Shown: piece by piece, positions 27,593 to 36,292 of the stretch
Layout: the number at the start of each line of letters is the position of its first letter
How positions within the stretch are numbered: position 1 is the stretch's first letter
Translations under genes and position numbers: made by a program
Notes under the pieces: model-generated
The model's database searches: none
What the model saw: only the letters and a program-made list of their open reading frames with translations
Told to the model about the DNA's origin: nothing
DNA from: an uncultured Gemmatimonadales bacterium
Lineage (GTDB): Bacteria; Gemmatimonadota; Gemmatimonadetes; Gemmatimonadales; GWC2-71-9
DNA length: 64,000 nt
Assembly (NCBI GenBank): GCA_963728915.1
Contig: CAVSLV010000001.1
Location: 32,001 to 96,000 of the forward strand
Direction: 5' to 3'

Positions 27593-28112
27593 TCGGGCGC
27601 CGCAGAAGAAGGTGCCCGGGGTCCTGGCGTCGTTTCTCCACGTCGACGCCGCGGTCGAGGCGATCCGCGGACTCAAGGCTCGAGGCTTCCGCGACCTGAC
27701 CGTGTACACCGCCTCGCCCAATCACGAAATCGAGGAGGTGCTCGATGAACCGGTCTCCTGGGTGCGCGCCTTCACGCTGATCGGCGGCCTGATCGGGGTG
27801 ACCTCCGGCTTTGCCATGACCTACTGGATGTCCTACGACTGGCCCCTGCTGGTCGGCGGCAAGCCGATCGCCACGGTTCCGCCCTACGTCGCGATCGCGT
27901 TCGAGCTGACGATTCTCTACGGCTCCCTCTGCACCGTCCTCGGGATCGCGGTCCTCTCGATGCGCAAGGCGCCCCGGGGACGCGCATTCGATCCCCGCTT
28001 CACCGATGACCGCATCGGCATCTTCGTTCCCTGCGCCACCGATCAGGCCGATGCGGTCCAGCGGCTCTTCGCCGAGGCCGGTTCCGAGGAGGTCACCGTC
28101 CATGCGGCGTAG
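27582..28112 (+). CDS. actD: alternative complex III subunit D (DUF3341)
   Basis: Two TM helices, WPLLVGGKP, AFELTIL, FDPRFTDDR. Position within the act operon. Confidence 0.9.
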   Translation: MPIDRAPQKKVPGVLASFLHVDAAVEAIRGLKARGFRDLTVYTASPNHEIEEVLDEPVSWVRAFTLIGGLIGVTSGFAMTYWMSYDWPLLVGGKPIATVPPYVAIAFELTILYGSLCTVLGIAVLSMRKAPRGRAFDPRFTDDRIGIFVPCATDQADAVQRLFAEAGSEEVTVHAA

Positions 28113-28656
28113 TCTGGTGACCGCGGGACTCCTCCTGCTCGCCGGCTGCAACTGGTGGTACGACAAGGTGCCGTCGCCCGACCAGCTGTGGTACCGGATT
28201 CCCTGGTTCGACCACATGCTCGGGTCCCGGGCGGTCTTTCCCTACCAGACGGCCGGCATTCCCAGACGGACTCCAGAAGGCGTCGTGCCGATCACCGGCG
28301 CCGAGGCCGACTGGGGAGCCGAATTTAAACACGGGGTGTTCACCACCGCGAACAGCCTGCGCAATCCCACTTCTCCCCAGGAGACGCTCGCCCGGGGCGA
28401 CACTCTCTATCACTTCTTCTGCGCGGTGTGTCACGGTGGGGCCGGCACCGGCAACGGCCCGGTCGGTCTCCGGATGGGTGCGCCTTCCCTGGTCACCGAC
28501 CGGGCCCGGGCGTTTTCCGACGGCTACATCTACAGCTACATCCGTTACGGCGGGCAGACCCTCATGCCGCGGTATGGGGACAAGATCTACCGTCCTGAGG
28601 ACCGCTGGGCGGTCGTCAACTACGTGCGGCAGCTTCAGGGAGTGCTCTCCCAATGA
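28102..28656 (+). CDS. actE: alternative complex III monoheme cytochrome c lipoprotein, subunit E
   Basis: Lipobox LLAGC, CAVCH, LMPRYG, DRWAVVNYVRQLQ. Confidence 0.9.
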   Translation: MRRSLVTAGLLLLAGCNWWYDKVPSPDQLWYRIPWFDHMLGSRAVFPYQTAGIPRRTPEGVVPITGAEADWGAEFKHGVFTTANSLRNPTSPQETLARGDTLYHFFCAVCHGGAGTGNGPVGLRMGAPSLVTDRARAFSDGYIYSYIRYGGQTLMPRYGDKIYRPEDRWAVVNYVRQLQGVLSQ

Positions 28657-30014
28657 CCGAGCGTGATCTCCAGGAACGCCTCATCACCAATGCGGTCGGT
28701 GCGCGCTATGGCCTCTTCCTCCGGTTGGGCGGCCTGCTGCTGCTGATCGGGATCATCCTGTTCGTGATCGCCCTCAGGGGAGGGAACGCGGCGCGGGGCT
28801 GGCAGGCATTTCAGGTGAACTGGGTGTACTTCACCGGGCTGGCGGCGGGGAGTCTGGCGCTCAATGCCGCCTACAAGATCGGGAAGGCCAAGTGGACCGG
28901 AGTCATGATCCGGTTCTCTCAGGCCACCGTGTTCTTCGCCGGGGTCTCCCTGCTGGGGTGCCTGCTCATCTTCACGGTCGGCTACGAATCGGTCTACGGT
29001 CACATGCAGGAGCAGCTCGCCACCGTGTCCCCTGGGAAGGCGCTCTGGCTCTCCCACGGGTTCATGGCCGGGCGGCTGCTGGTGGGTCTGGTGCTGCTCT
29101 TCACCATCGGCTGGATGCTGGTCCGGGGCGACCTCCTCCGCGACATGGCCGCGGTCCGCACCTCGATCGGTACCTCCAGGCAGGCGATGTACAACCAGTG
29201 GACCGCGGGACGGGATAGTTCGCCCGAAGGGCTCGAACGAAGCGAAGCGAAGACCCACCGGCTCGCTCCGCTCTACGTGGTGGTCTACGCCATCGTCATG
29301 ACTCTGGTGGCCTTCGACGGGATCATGGCGCTCCAGCCCCACTGGTTCTCCAATCTGCTCGGCGGTTTCTACTTCATGGGATCGTTTCTGGGCGCGCACA
29401 TGCTGCTCGCGCTGCTCATGCTGTATGGCCGCCGGCATCTCGGCATCAAGGATCTGGTGAGTCCGAAGCAGCGCCATGATCTCGGGAAGATGTGCTTCGG
29501 CTTTACGGTGTTCTGGGCCTATCTCATGTGGGCCCAGTATCTGGTGATCTGGTACGGAAACCTGCCGGAGGAGACCGGGTTCGTCTTTGCGCGGCTCTGG
29601 GGTCCCTGGGTGCCGGTGGCCCGCTGGGTCTTCCTCGGGATGTTCCTGATTCCGTTCTGGGGCCTGTTGTTCGTCGCGGCGAAGAAATCACCCTTCGTGC
29701 TGGGCCTCATGGCAACCGTCAGCCTGGTGGCGCTCTGGCTGGAGCGCTACCTGCTGGTGACCCCGACGGTCACCCCGATCGAGCACCCGGTCTTCGGGTT
29801 GCCCGAAGCCGGACCGTTGCTGGCATTCCTCGGCGCCTTCCTGGTGTGCTATGCCATGTTCGCGCGGATGTTTCCGATGGTGTCGCCCCGGCTCGCGACC
29901 GTGACGCTCCGCCAGGAGCGGAAGCACGGTATCGAAGACGAGTTCCTCCACGACGAGCACCAGGGGGATTTCGCCATGCCGCCGGAAATGGAGCGGCGCG
30001 ACCACCCCCGCTAG
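28653..30014 (+). CDS. actF: alternative complex III membrane subunit F
   Basis: About 10 TM helices, FDGIMALQPHWFS, HDLGK, WAYLMWAQYLVIWYGNLPEE. Confidence 0.92.
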   Translation: MTERDLQERLITNAVGARYGLFLRLGGLLLLIGIILFVIALRGGNAARGWQAFQVNWVYFTGLAAGSLALNAAYKIGKAKWTGVMIRFSQATVFFAGVSLLGCLLIFTVGYESVYGHMQEQLATVSPGKALWLSHGFMAGRLLVGLVLLFTIGWMLVRGDLLRDMAAVRTSIGTSRQAMYNQWTAGRDSSPEGLERSEAKTHRLAPLYVVVYAIVMTLVAFDGIMALQPHWFSNLLGGFYFMGSFLGAHMLLALLMLYGRRHLGIKDLVSPKQRHDLGKMCFGFTVFWAYLMWAQYLVIWYGNLPEETGFVFARLWGPWVPVARWVFLGMFLIPFWGLLFVAAKKSPFVLGLMATVSLVALWLERYLLVTPTVTPIEHPVFGLPEAGPLLAFLGAFLVCYAMFARMFPMVSPRLATVTLRQERKHGIEDEFLHDEHQGDFAMPPEMERRDHPR

Positions 30015-30015
30015 C

Positions 30016-31620
30016 TCACCAGTTCCCGGTCAGCTCCCGCCGCGCCATCGCCATCGGAATCAACCCGACGCCGTTGAGCTCGTCCATGAACCGTCGCAGG
30101 GTGAACTGCGCGCCCATCTCGCGGGCCCGGCTCGCGAGCAGCCGCTCGAACTCGATCTTGCCGACCAGATAGCTGGTGCCATAGCCGGGCTGCTCGAGGT
30201 AGAGGTGCTGCTCTTCCCAGACCGTCGCCATGTCGGAGCGGAGCCAGGCGCGCGGGGTATTCGCGGAGGCGAACTCGGCGGCCTGCTCGAGCGTCATCCG
30301 GTTGGCGTGCATCATGAGCTCTCCTAACGCGCGGGCCGCGCGCTCGGCCAGCAGGATGTAGAGCAGCTCCCGGCTCCGGGGCCGGGAATCGAACATCCCC
30401 GCCTGCAGCATCAGCTCTTCCCAGGCAGTCGCCAGCCCCTCGGTCCGGGTATTGAAGATGTTGTAGAGCAGCGGCCCTTTCCGGATCGGACTGGGGTGGG
30501 GCTCCCGCGCCATCCGGAGCAGGTCGAACCAGTGGTACCCGTGGGTCCGCATGACGACCGGATCGCGGTAGTCCACTTCGGTGAAGAAATCCCGGGGCCC
30601 GCTGAGGAAGGTCCCGATCCTGGCCCGAAGCGCCGAATCCATGCCCGGCGTGACGGTGAGCAGGTCATGATTCTTGAGATAGTTCATGTACTCGGTCACC
30701 GCGAGATTGAACCGCCGGGCATGCTCCTGCGCTCCGCCCACCGGGACCTGGAGCGGCAGCTTCCGGTTCTTTTCCTCCTCGAGGCGGAGCGCGGTGTGGG
30801 CCCGGGCAAGCTCGCGTTGCATCATCGCGACTTCGTCGGACCAGGTATAAGGAAGAAGCTGGACGTTCCGGAGGTACCAGTCATAGTTCTCGATGCCGAC
30901 GCCCGAGTTCCCCTTCTTCGAGTCGAGTCGCGCATCGAGCCACTCCGCCAGGGAATCGGTCGCGACCTGGGCGCGGTGGACGTCGGAAAGCAGGGATGGC
31001 GTGGCCGACCGGACCCGGTTCTCCAGCTCGGCGAGATCCGAGCTCTGCTGTTTGATGCTTCGGCTGCCGTACAGCCAGAGATCGCGCGCGTCTCCGGTCA
31101 GGTTCTGACGTGCCTGGGCCAGGAGACCCGGGATCGCGCGCAGTCCGGCCCGAAGCTCGTCGGCATCGTGCTGGTTCAGAGGAAAGTGATAGGCCCAGAC
31201 CTCGATCGCCCCATAGGCGCCCGGGCCTTCGCGGGCCGGCTGGTCGCTCTGCTCAAGAAACACGGTGACGTAGAATGCCGGATCGCGCGCCCAGGGTCGC
31301 AGCACCCGGTGGTCGAAGTCCAATCCGTTCATCTCCGCTTCGACCAGCCGGTAGTCCACCCGCTGGGGCACCGTCCAGCTCGTGGTGTCGAACCCGGTCA
31401 GCCGCTTCTGCATGGCGACGAGCTGGCGCTGCTGCGTCGACATGGCGGAGCTGCGGTAGTCCGGGATTCCATTGACGAGTGGAGGACGCTGGAAGGTGCG
31501 CCATTCCCGGAAGAAGGCCCCAAGGTCCTCGTAGCTCTGGGACCTGGCCTGCGCGGAAGCATTGATGACGAGGGCGCAAAGCGCCCACAGCGCGGCGGGG
31601 ATGGTGCGAGAGCAATGCAT
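30016..31620 (-). CDS. DUF885-family secreted protein
   Basis: Signal peptide, VLRPWARDPAFY, EGLATAWEE, QPGYGTSYLVGK. Confidence 0.8.
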   Translation of the reverse strand: MHCSRTIPAALWALCALVINASAQARSQSYEDLGAFFREWRTFQRPPLVNGIPDYRSSAMSTQQRQLVAMQKRLTGFDTTSWTVPQRVDYRLVEAEMNGLDFDHRVLRPWARDPAFYVTVFLEQSDQPAREGPGAYGAIEVWAYHFPLNQHDADELRAGLRAIPGLLAQARQNLTGDARDLWLYGSRSIKQQSSDLAELENRVRSATPSLLSDVHRAQVATDSLAEWLDARLDSKKGNSGVGIENYDWYLRNVQLLPYTWSDEVAMMQRELARAHTALRLEEEKNRKLPLQVPVGGAQEHARRFNLAVTEYMNYLKNHDLLTVTPGMDSALRARIGTFLSGPRDFFTEVDYRDPVVMRTHGYHWFDLLRMAREPHPSPIRKGPLLYNIFNTRTEGLATAWEELMLQAGMFDSRPRSRELLYILLAERAARALGELMMHANRMTLEQAAEFASANTPRAWLRSDMATVWEEQHLYLEQPGYGTSYLVGKIEFERLLASRAREMGAQFTLRRFMDELNGVGLIPMAMARRELTGNW

Positions 31621-31665
31621 GAGATGACGATGGGCTCAGGAAGCGGGAAACCTAGCCGAAAAGAT

Positions 31666-31697
31666 CAGGCCCGGCGATCCGGGGACCACCGGGCCTG
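31666..31697 (-). terminator. hairpin downstream of the anti-sigma gene
   Basis: CAGGCCCGG...CCGGGCCTG 9-bp stem, followed by ATCTTTT on the minus strand. Confidence 0.45.
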
Positions 31698-31717
31698 CAC
31701 GTTCTCGTGAGTTGCGA

Positions 31718-32755
31718 TCAACGAATCGTGGCGACTCGGACCAGGGCGTTCAGCGAATCCACCGGCAGCTTCCCGGCGATGGTCAGGACCCGGAGGGTCC
31801 GGCGAAGCCCACCGGCAGGATCGTCCACATAGTCCGGAGGCGTCCGGGTGGCATCGCTGCTGTGGACATCCTTCGCCTGCCGCCGGAGGACCTGATTGAC
31901 CTGATCGACCGGCCCCTCGATCGCGTAGATCAACTCGCCGTTCGAATCCGACTGGGTCACGATCACCGTAGGACGTTCTCCCCGGTCCCCGGGGCGGATC
32001 TGTACCCCAACCACCGAGAGCCCCTCGATATAGGGAAGCCCGCCGGCGAGGGTTTTCACGGCGTCATCCCACTGAATGACTCTCCAGACCCGATCGAAGA
32101 GATCGCTGGATTCGAGCGGGTCGGTACGGACCGTGGAAGACTCCGCCGGAGCGATCCCGAGATCAACGACGGACGTGGCCAGCTGATTGGCTGGCACCGC
32201 CGCGGCCGAGGGGCCGCTCGCCCGCCGGCCGCCCCCACTCGCGGGAGGTTCGGGTTCCGGGATGGGCGCCGGCTTGGCGCTCTCGAGCCTGGCCCGGTCG
32301 GAATCCGGGCTCGCCACAGCCAGAATCTTCGGGGCCGGTGCAGCCGGAGGCTGCACTTCGGCGATGGGCGCCGAAGTGCCCGCCGTCCGGTGAGGATCGA
32401 GGACGGTTCGTGCCGTCCATCCAATGGCCGTCGCAGCGGCGATCCCCGCTGCCCACAACCCGGCGCGCTCGAATCGCACCCGCCAAACCGCGAACCGGAG
32501 CTGACGGCTGCGTCGATCCAGCAGGGATTGAAATGGCGGCGGAACGATGACGGGTCGAGGGCTCAATTGAGCCAGGAGCGCGGTGGTCCGATCGCGCAAC
32601 AACGCCACCTCCGCCCGCTGCGCCTGACACTTGGCGCAGTGGGAAAGGTGGGTCTCGATTTCAGCACATTGTGACCTGCTCAGGGCCTGGTCGAAATAGG
32701 CGTGATGTTCCTCTTCAGGAACGTGCCGCTCTGACCTGGTGATCCATTCTGTCAT
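31718..32755 (-). CDS. zinc-binding (ZAS/zf-HC2) membrane anti-sigma factor
   Basis: H...HLSHCAKC, one TM segment, Pro/Ala linker and extracytoplasmic domain. Overlaps the ECF sigma gene. Confidence 0.85.
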   Translation of the reverse strand: MTEWITRSERHVPEEEHHAYFDQALSRSQCAEIETHLSHCAKCQAQRAEVALLRDRTTALLAQLSPRPVIVPPPFQSLLDRRSRQLRFAVWRVRFERAGLWAAGIAAATAIGWTARTVLDPHRTAGTSAPIAEVQPPAAPAPKILAVASPDSDRARLESAKPAPIPEPEPPASGGGRRASGPSAAAVPANQLATSVVDLGIAPAESSTVRTDPLESSDLFDRVWRVIQWDDAVKTLAGGLPYIEGLSVVGVQIRPGDRGERPTVIVTQSDSNGELIYAIEGPVDQVNQVLRRQAKDVHSSDATRTPPDYVDDPAGGLRRTLRVLTIAGKLPVDSLNALVRVATIR

Positions 32756-33224
32756 GCGCCTCTATCAGCCGTTTCCGGGCCCGCGCCAGCGTCGTCCCGA
32801 CCGCCCCGACGGCAAGCCCCGTATGCGCCGCGATCTCCGGATAGCTGAGCCCCGCGTCCCACAGCAACAACACTTCGCGGTCCCGCTCCGTCAACTCGGC
32901 GAGTGCCTCGGTAACCCTCTCCCATCGCTCTTCCCGCTCGACCGCGTCCTCCGCCGAAGGCTCCGGCGTGGAGAGCGGGATCGGGTCATCCTTCAACAGG
33001 GTGAGGTGCTTCTTGCGGCGAATGGCCGCCCGCGCCTCATCCCGTGCCAGATTCGCTGCTACGGCAAAAATCCAGGCCCGTGGCTTCTCGGGCCGGTGGG
33101 CCATGGCGCGGATAAACACTTCCTGCGCCAAGTCTTCCGCGCGGTCCGGGTCCCAGATCTTCCGATACAGGAATCGGACCACTGCTGGATAGTGCGTTTT
33201 GTACAGCCGCTCCAGATCATCCAT
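32715..33224 (-). CDS. ECF RNA polymerase sigma factor
   Basis: AEDLAQEVFIRA, AWIFAVAANL, GLSYPEIA...VGTTLARARKRL. GGAGGGG SD-like sequence upstream. Confidence 0.93.
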   Translation of the reverse strand: MDDLERLYKTHYPAVVRFLYRKIWDPDRAEDLAQEVFIRAMAHRPEKPRAWIFAVAANLARDEARAAIRRKKHLTLLKDDPIPLSTPEPSAEDAVEREERWERVTEALAELTERDREVLLLWDAGLSYPEIAAHTGLAVGAVGTTLARARKRLIEAHDRMDHQVRAARS

Positions 33225-33306
33225 TCCTGGTTCCCCCTCCCGCTGCAGCTGTGCAATCCCCGACGCGATAGTGACGTACCGACCGGCCCGGATTTGCACA
33301 CAAGGA

Positions 33307-33452
33307 GGCGGACGGGCGGACAGGCGGACTGGCGGACAGGGCGGACTGGCGGACCGGGTGGACCGGCTGAAGGGGCCGCGGCGTCCGGGTAGTCACATTG
33401 ATGTCCTGCGCCGTTTTGCCGTCCGCCTGCCCGCCTGTCCGCCTGTCCGCCT
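33307..33452. repeat. two oppositely oriented arrays of the 8-bp GGCGGACN unit
   Basis: About 7 units GGCGGACN at 33307-33364 and 4 units G(T/C)CCGCCT at 33421-33452. Confidence 0.88.
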
Positions 33453-34223
33453 GAACACACAGCCCGGGTGCATCAGGTCGTCCGGATCCGGCCAGGCGGA
33501 ACAGAGATCAGGCTTTGCGGGCCGGCCGTCCGGCCGGCTCCGGCCGTGCAGGCCGCAGCCCACCCCGTCGGACATCAGGAAGGCGCAGGCCGAGATCATT
33601 TCGGCCCCCAGAGAATGGGGCCCCTCCCGGTCCACTTTGCAGAGGTAGGGCGGCTTTCGCGAACGGACCAGCGCCTCCAGCATCTCCTGGCGGCTGGTGC
33701 ACATGATCTCGACCTGGAGATCCCGGCAGCAGGCTGCTCCCCGGGTATTGTCCGCAGTCCGACAGGCCGCCGTAGCACAAGGGTTGGCGCTGGCATGCAC
33801 AGGAAGCGTTCGTGGGAGAGCGGGAGGAGCCGGTAGACTCCGGGTCACCACCCGGCCCCGCTCCACGACCCGAAAGCGATCGCCGCCGAACTGGCGCGGC
33901 TCGGCCGGGTCCGGTCCGGTGGGTCCCTTTTTCCGGCGGAAGCCATGGGCCCGACAGGCGTCCACCTTCCCGTCCTGGCGGAGAAAGCGACAGGGAACCT
34001 GCAGGACCGCCTCGTGATAGAGGTCCTTTCTGTCGCGCCGCAGGTCGCCCAGAAACGTGATCCGTCCGGTATGGCCGAGGAGGAAGGTGGCTTCATGGTC
34101 ACCGGAATCGGCCTCCCCGTGCCCTTGTCCTTCCAGGGTGGCGATCCGCAGGGTCACTCTCAACCGGTCGCAGTGAGAGCCCATGGAGCGGCACGGTGGG
34201 GGCGAGGTGGCGGGGGAAGCCAT
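33393..34223 (-). CDS. Cys-rich hypothetical protein, YkgJ/CxxCxxCC-like (two related halves)
   Basis: PCATAAC...GAACC...CAFL...CGLHG...KPDLCSAWP...GC, plus an N-terminal half with PCRFL...CRAHG. TATCTT lies 6 nt before ATG. Confidence 0.7.
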   Translation of the reverse strand: MASPATSPPPCRSMGSHCDRLRVTLRIATLEGQGHGEADSGDHEATFLLGHTGRITFLGDLRRDRKDLYHEAVLQVPCRFLRQDGKVDACRAHGFRRKKGPTGPDPAEPRQFGGDRFRVVERGRVVTRSLPAPPALPRTLPVHASANPCATAACRTADNTRGAACCRDLQVEIMCTSRQEMLEALVRSRKPPYLCKVDREGPHSLGAEMISACAFLMSDGVGCGLHGRSRPDGRPAKPDLCSAWPDPDDLMHPGCVFRRTGGQAGRRTAKRRRTSM

Positions 34224-34292
34224 TGAGCAAAGATAGGTGATCGGAACGACCCGGTGGTCGTCCCCTAGGACGTCCTGAACGGAGATCCAGCG

Positions 34293-34772
34293 ATGCGATG
34301 GCTCGGGGTTGTGCTCGGTGTGGGGTTCCTGGCCGCCTGTGGGGGAGAAAAGACTCCTGGGGCCACTGGCGATTCGACCGCCACGAGTCGTGATACCACA
34401 ACGGCTCCCGGGCCAGGCGGGGCAGGGGGAGGCGCCGCGCACGACGTGAACATGGTCCAGGAGGGCGCCAGCGACTACAAGTTCGTTCCCAATGACCTCA
34501 ATATCAAAGTGGGCGACCGGATTGTCTTCCACAATGTGAGCGGCTTTCCGCACAACATCTCGTTCTGGCCCGACAGCATTCCCGCGGGCGCACAGCAGGT
34601 GCTCGAGCCCCAGCTTCCCAACCCGATCGGGCCGCTCCAGAGCGAGCTGCTTACCGAAGCGGGCCGGACGGTGACTCTCTCGTTTGCGGGAGCTCCGACC
34701 GGGGTATACAAGTTCTACTGCACTCCCCACCTGGCCATGGGGATGCGGGGAACCATTACGGTCAGCCCGTAG
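34293..34772 (+). CDS. plastocyanin/azurin-family blue copper lipoprotein (copy 1)
   Basis: Lipobox FLAAC, Thr/Gly linker, PHN and YCTPHLAMGM type-1 copper ligands. Confidence 0.92.
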   Translation: MRWLGVVLGVGFLAACGGEKTPGATGDSTATSRDTTTAPGPGGAGGGAAHDVNMVQEGASDYKFVPNDLNIKVGDRIVFHNVSGFPHNISFWPDSIPAGAQQVLEPQLPNPIGPLQSELLTEAGRTVTLSFAGAPTGVYKFYCTPHLAMGMRGTITVSP

Positions 34773-34793
34773 ACCGAAGGGCTGATCAGCCTT

Positions 34794-34817
34794 CCGCGGG
34801 CGGGTTTCCGCCCGCGG
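34794..34817. terminator. GC-rich hairpin between the two cupredoxin genes
   Basis: CCGCGGGCGG-gttt-CCGCCCGCGG perfect 10-bp stem, without an immediate U-tract. Confidence 0.5.
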
Positions 34818-34919
34818 TGGACTGGTCTTTCCCTAGTCCGGAATCCTTCCCCCTGCTATTTTCGTCCCGTCTTTCCCTGTGACAGTTTTCGATCACTTCC
34901 GGCTTGGAGGCCCTTTGGA

Positions 34920-35384
34920 ATGAGGACGATTTCGGCGATGATTGGTTTGGCGATGATGGTGGCGTGTGGTGGCGAGAAACAGCCCGAGGCGGCCCCCGCC
35001 GATACCACCCAGGCGGCCCCGCCGGCAAGCACTGCCGGGGCCGGTACCACCCATGACGTCAACATGGTCCTCGAGGGCGCATCGACCTACAAGTTCGTGC
35101 CGTCGGACATCACGGTGAAGCCGGGTGACAAGGTGGTGTTTCACAATGTGAGCGGCGGCCCCCATAACGTGGCGTTCTGGGCCGACAGCATCCCTGCCGG
35201 CGCCAAGGAGCTGCTCGAGCCGCAGATGCCCAACCCGATCGGTCCGCTCAGCTCCGAGCTGTTGATCGATCCCGGCGCCACGCTGTCGATCAGCTTTGCC
35301 AACGCCCCCGCCGGCGAGTACCGGTTCACCTGCACTCCCCACCTGGCGATGGGGATGCGCGGGAAGATCACCGTCGCCCCGTAG
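34920..35384 (+). CDS. plastocyanin/azurin-family blue copper lipoprotein (copy 2)
   Basis: Lipobox MVAC, Ala/Pro/Thr linker, GPHN and CTPHLAMGM. GGAGG SD. Confidence 0.92.
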   Translation: MRTISAMIGLAMMVACGGEKQPEAAPADTTQAAPPASTAGAGTTHDVNMVLEGASTYKFVPSDITVKPGDKVVFHNVSGGPHNVAFWADSIPAGAKELLEPQMPNPIGPLSSELLIDPGATLSISFANAPAGEYRFTCTPHLAMGMRGKITVAP

Positions 35385-35404
35385 GGCGCCGGGCGCCGTC
35401 GCTG

Positions 35405-36292
35405 TCAGCGGGCAGGGGCTTCGGTCTCTGCCCGTTTTGCTTGGGAGGCGGGTCGCCGGGCCAGCGCCAGGGTGCCGGCATAGACCAGGAGCGCGAGCAG
35501 CACCCCCGCGATGGCGTCCATGCCGTAATGCATCTGGATGTAGACCACCGCGACGGGGAGGAGCAGCGCCGGGACGAGCAGCACCGCGCCCAGCGCTCGG
35601 GAGCCCCTGAAGCTGACCAGGGCAGCGGTCAGTGCGGCCGCGACATGGGAGGACGGGAAGGCGGCTCCGTACGAGCTTCCCCGCTGAAGCAGACTGTACA
35701 CCAGGTGGGCCGGCAGGTTAGCGGTGAACGCGGCGGAGGGCCTGGGGAATTCGTAGTTCGGCCCGGCCACCGGGTAGAGCAGGAAAATCACGAAGCAGAT
35801 CCCGTAGGTCGCCGAGATCGCGGCAACGGTCCGACGGAGGTTCGGGCGGTCGCCCCTGGCCAGGAACCAGATCGGTCCCGCCGCCACGATGAGGTAGTAG
35901 CTCGCGTAGACCGCGTGCAGAAGCGTGCTCCAGAACTGGCTCGGGTGGTGCCGCCACCAGGTGTGACTCACCTGTTCCCCGAACACCGCGAGCTCCCAGC
36001 GCTGAATGGTCGGCTCATGGGTGGGAATTCCGCCGTGGCCGGTGAGCAGGTCGAGCGCGCCGTAGAAGATCACCACCAGGATGAGCGGGTACACTTCCCG
36101 GAGCCCGCGACCAAACCGCCCTAACCCGGGGCGGGCGAGCAACAGCACCACCACCACCGCGAGTCCGTCGGCCACCAGCGACCACGCCACCCCGGGAATC
36201 CTGCCGATCCGGCCGATGGCCACGAGGGCCGCGATGACCACGTAGGCCAGGACCCCCCAGTCGAGCGCGCGAAGGCGGGGTTCGTCGGTCAT
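35405..36292 (-). CDS. PAP2-superfamily membrane enzyme, Aur1/IPC-synthase-like
   Basis: Multi-TM protein with YPVAGP, GAAFPSSH and HYGMD motifs. ATGA overlap with the upstream SDR. Confidence 0.8.
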   Translation of the reverse strand: MTDEPRLRALDWGVLAYVVIAALVAIGRIGRIPGVAWSLVADGLAVVVVLLLARPGLGRFGRGLREVYPLILVVIFYGALDLLTGHGGIPTHEPTIQRWELAVFGEQVSHTWWRHHPSQFWSTLLHAVYASYYLIVAAGPIWFLARGDRPNLRRTVAAISATYGICFVIFLLYPVAGPNYEFPRPSAAFTANLPAHLVYSLLQRGSSYGAAFPSSHVAAALTAALVSFRGSRALGAVLLVPALLLPVAVVYIQMHYGMDAIAGVLLALLVYAGTLALARRPASQAKRAETEAPAR

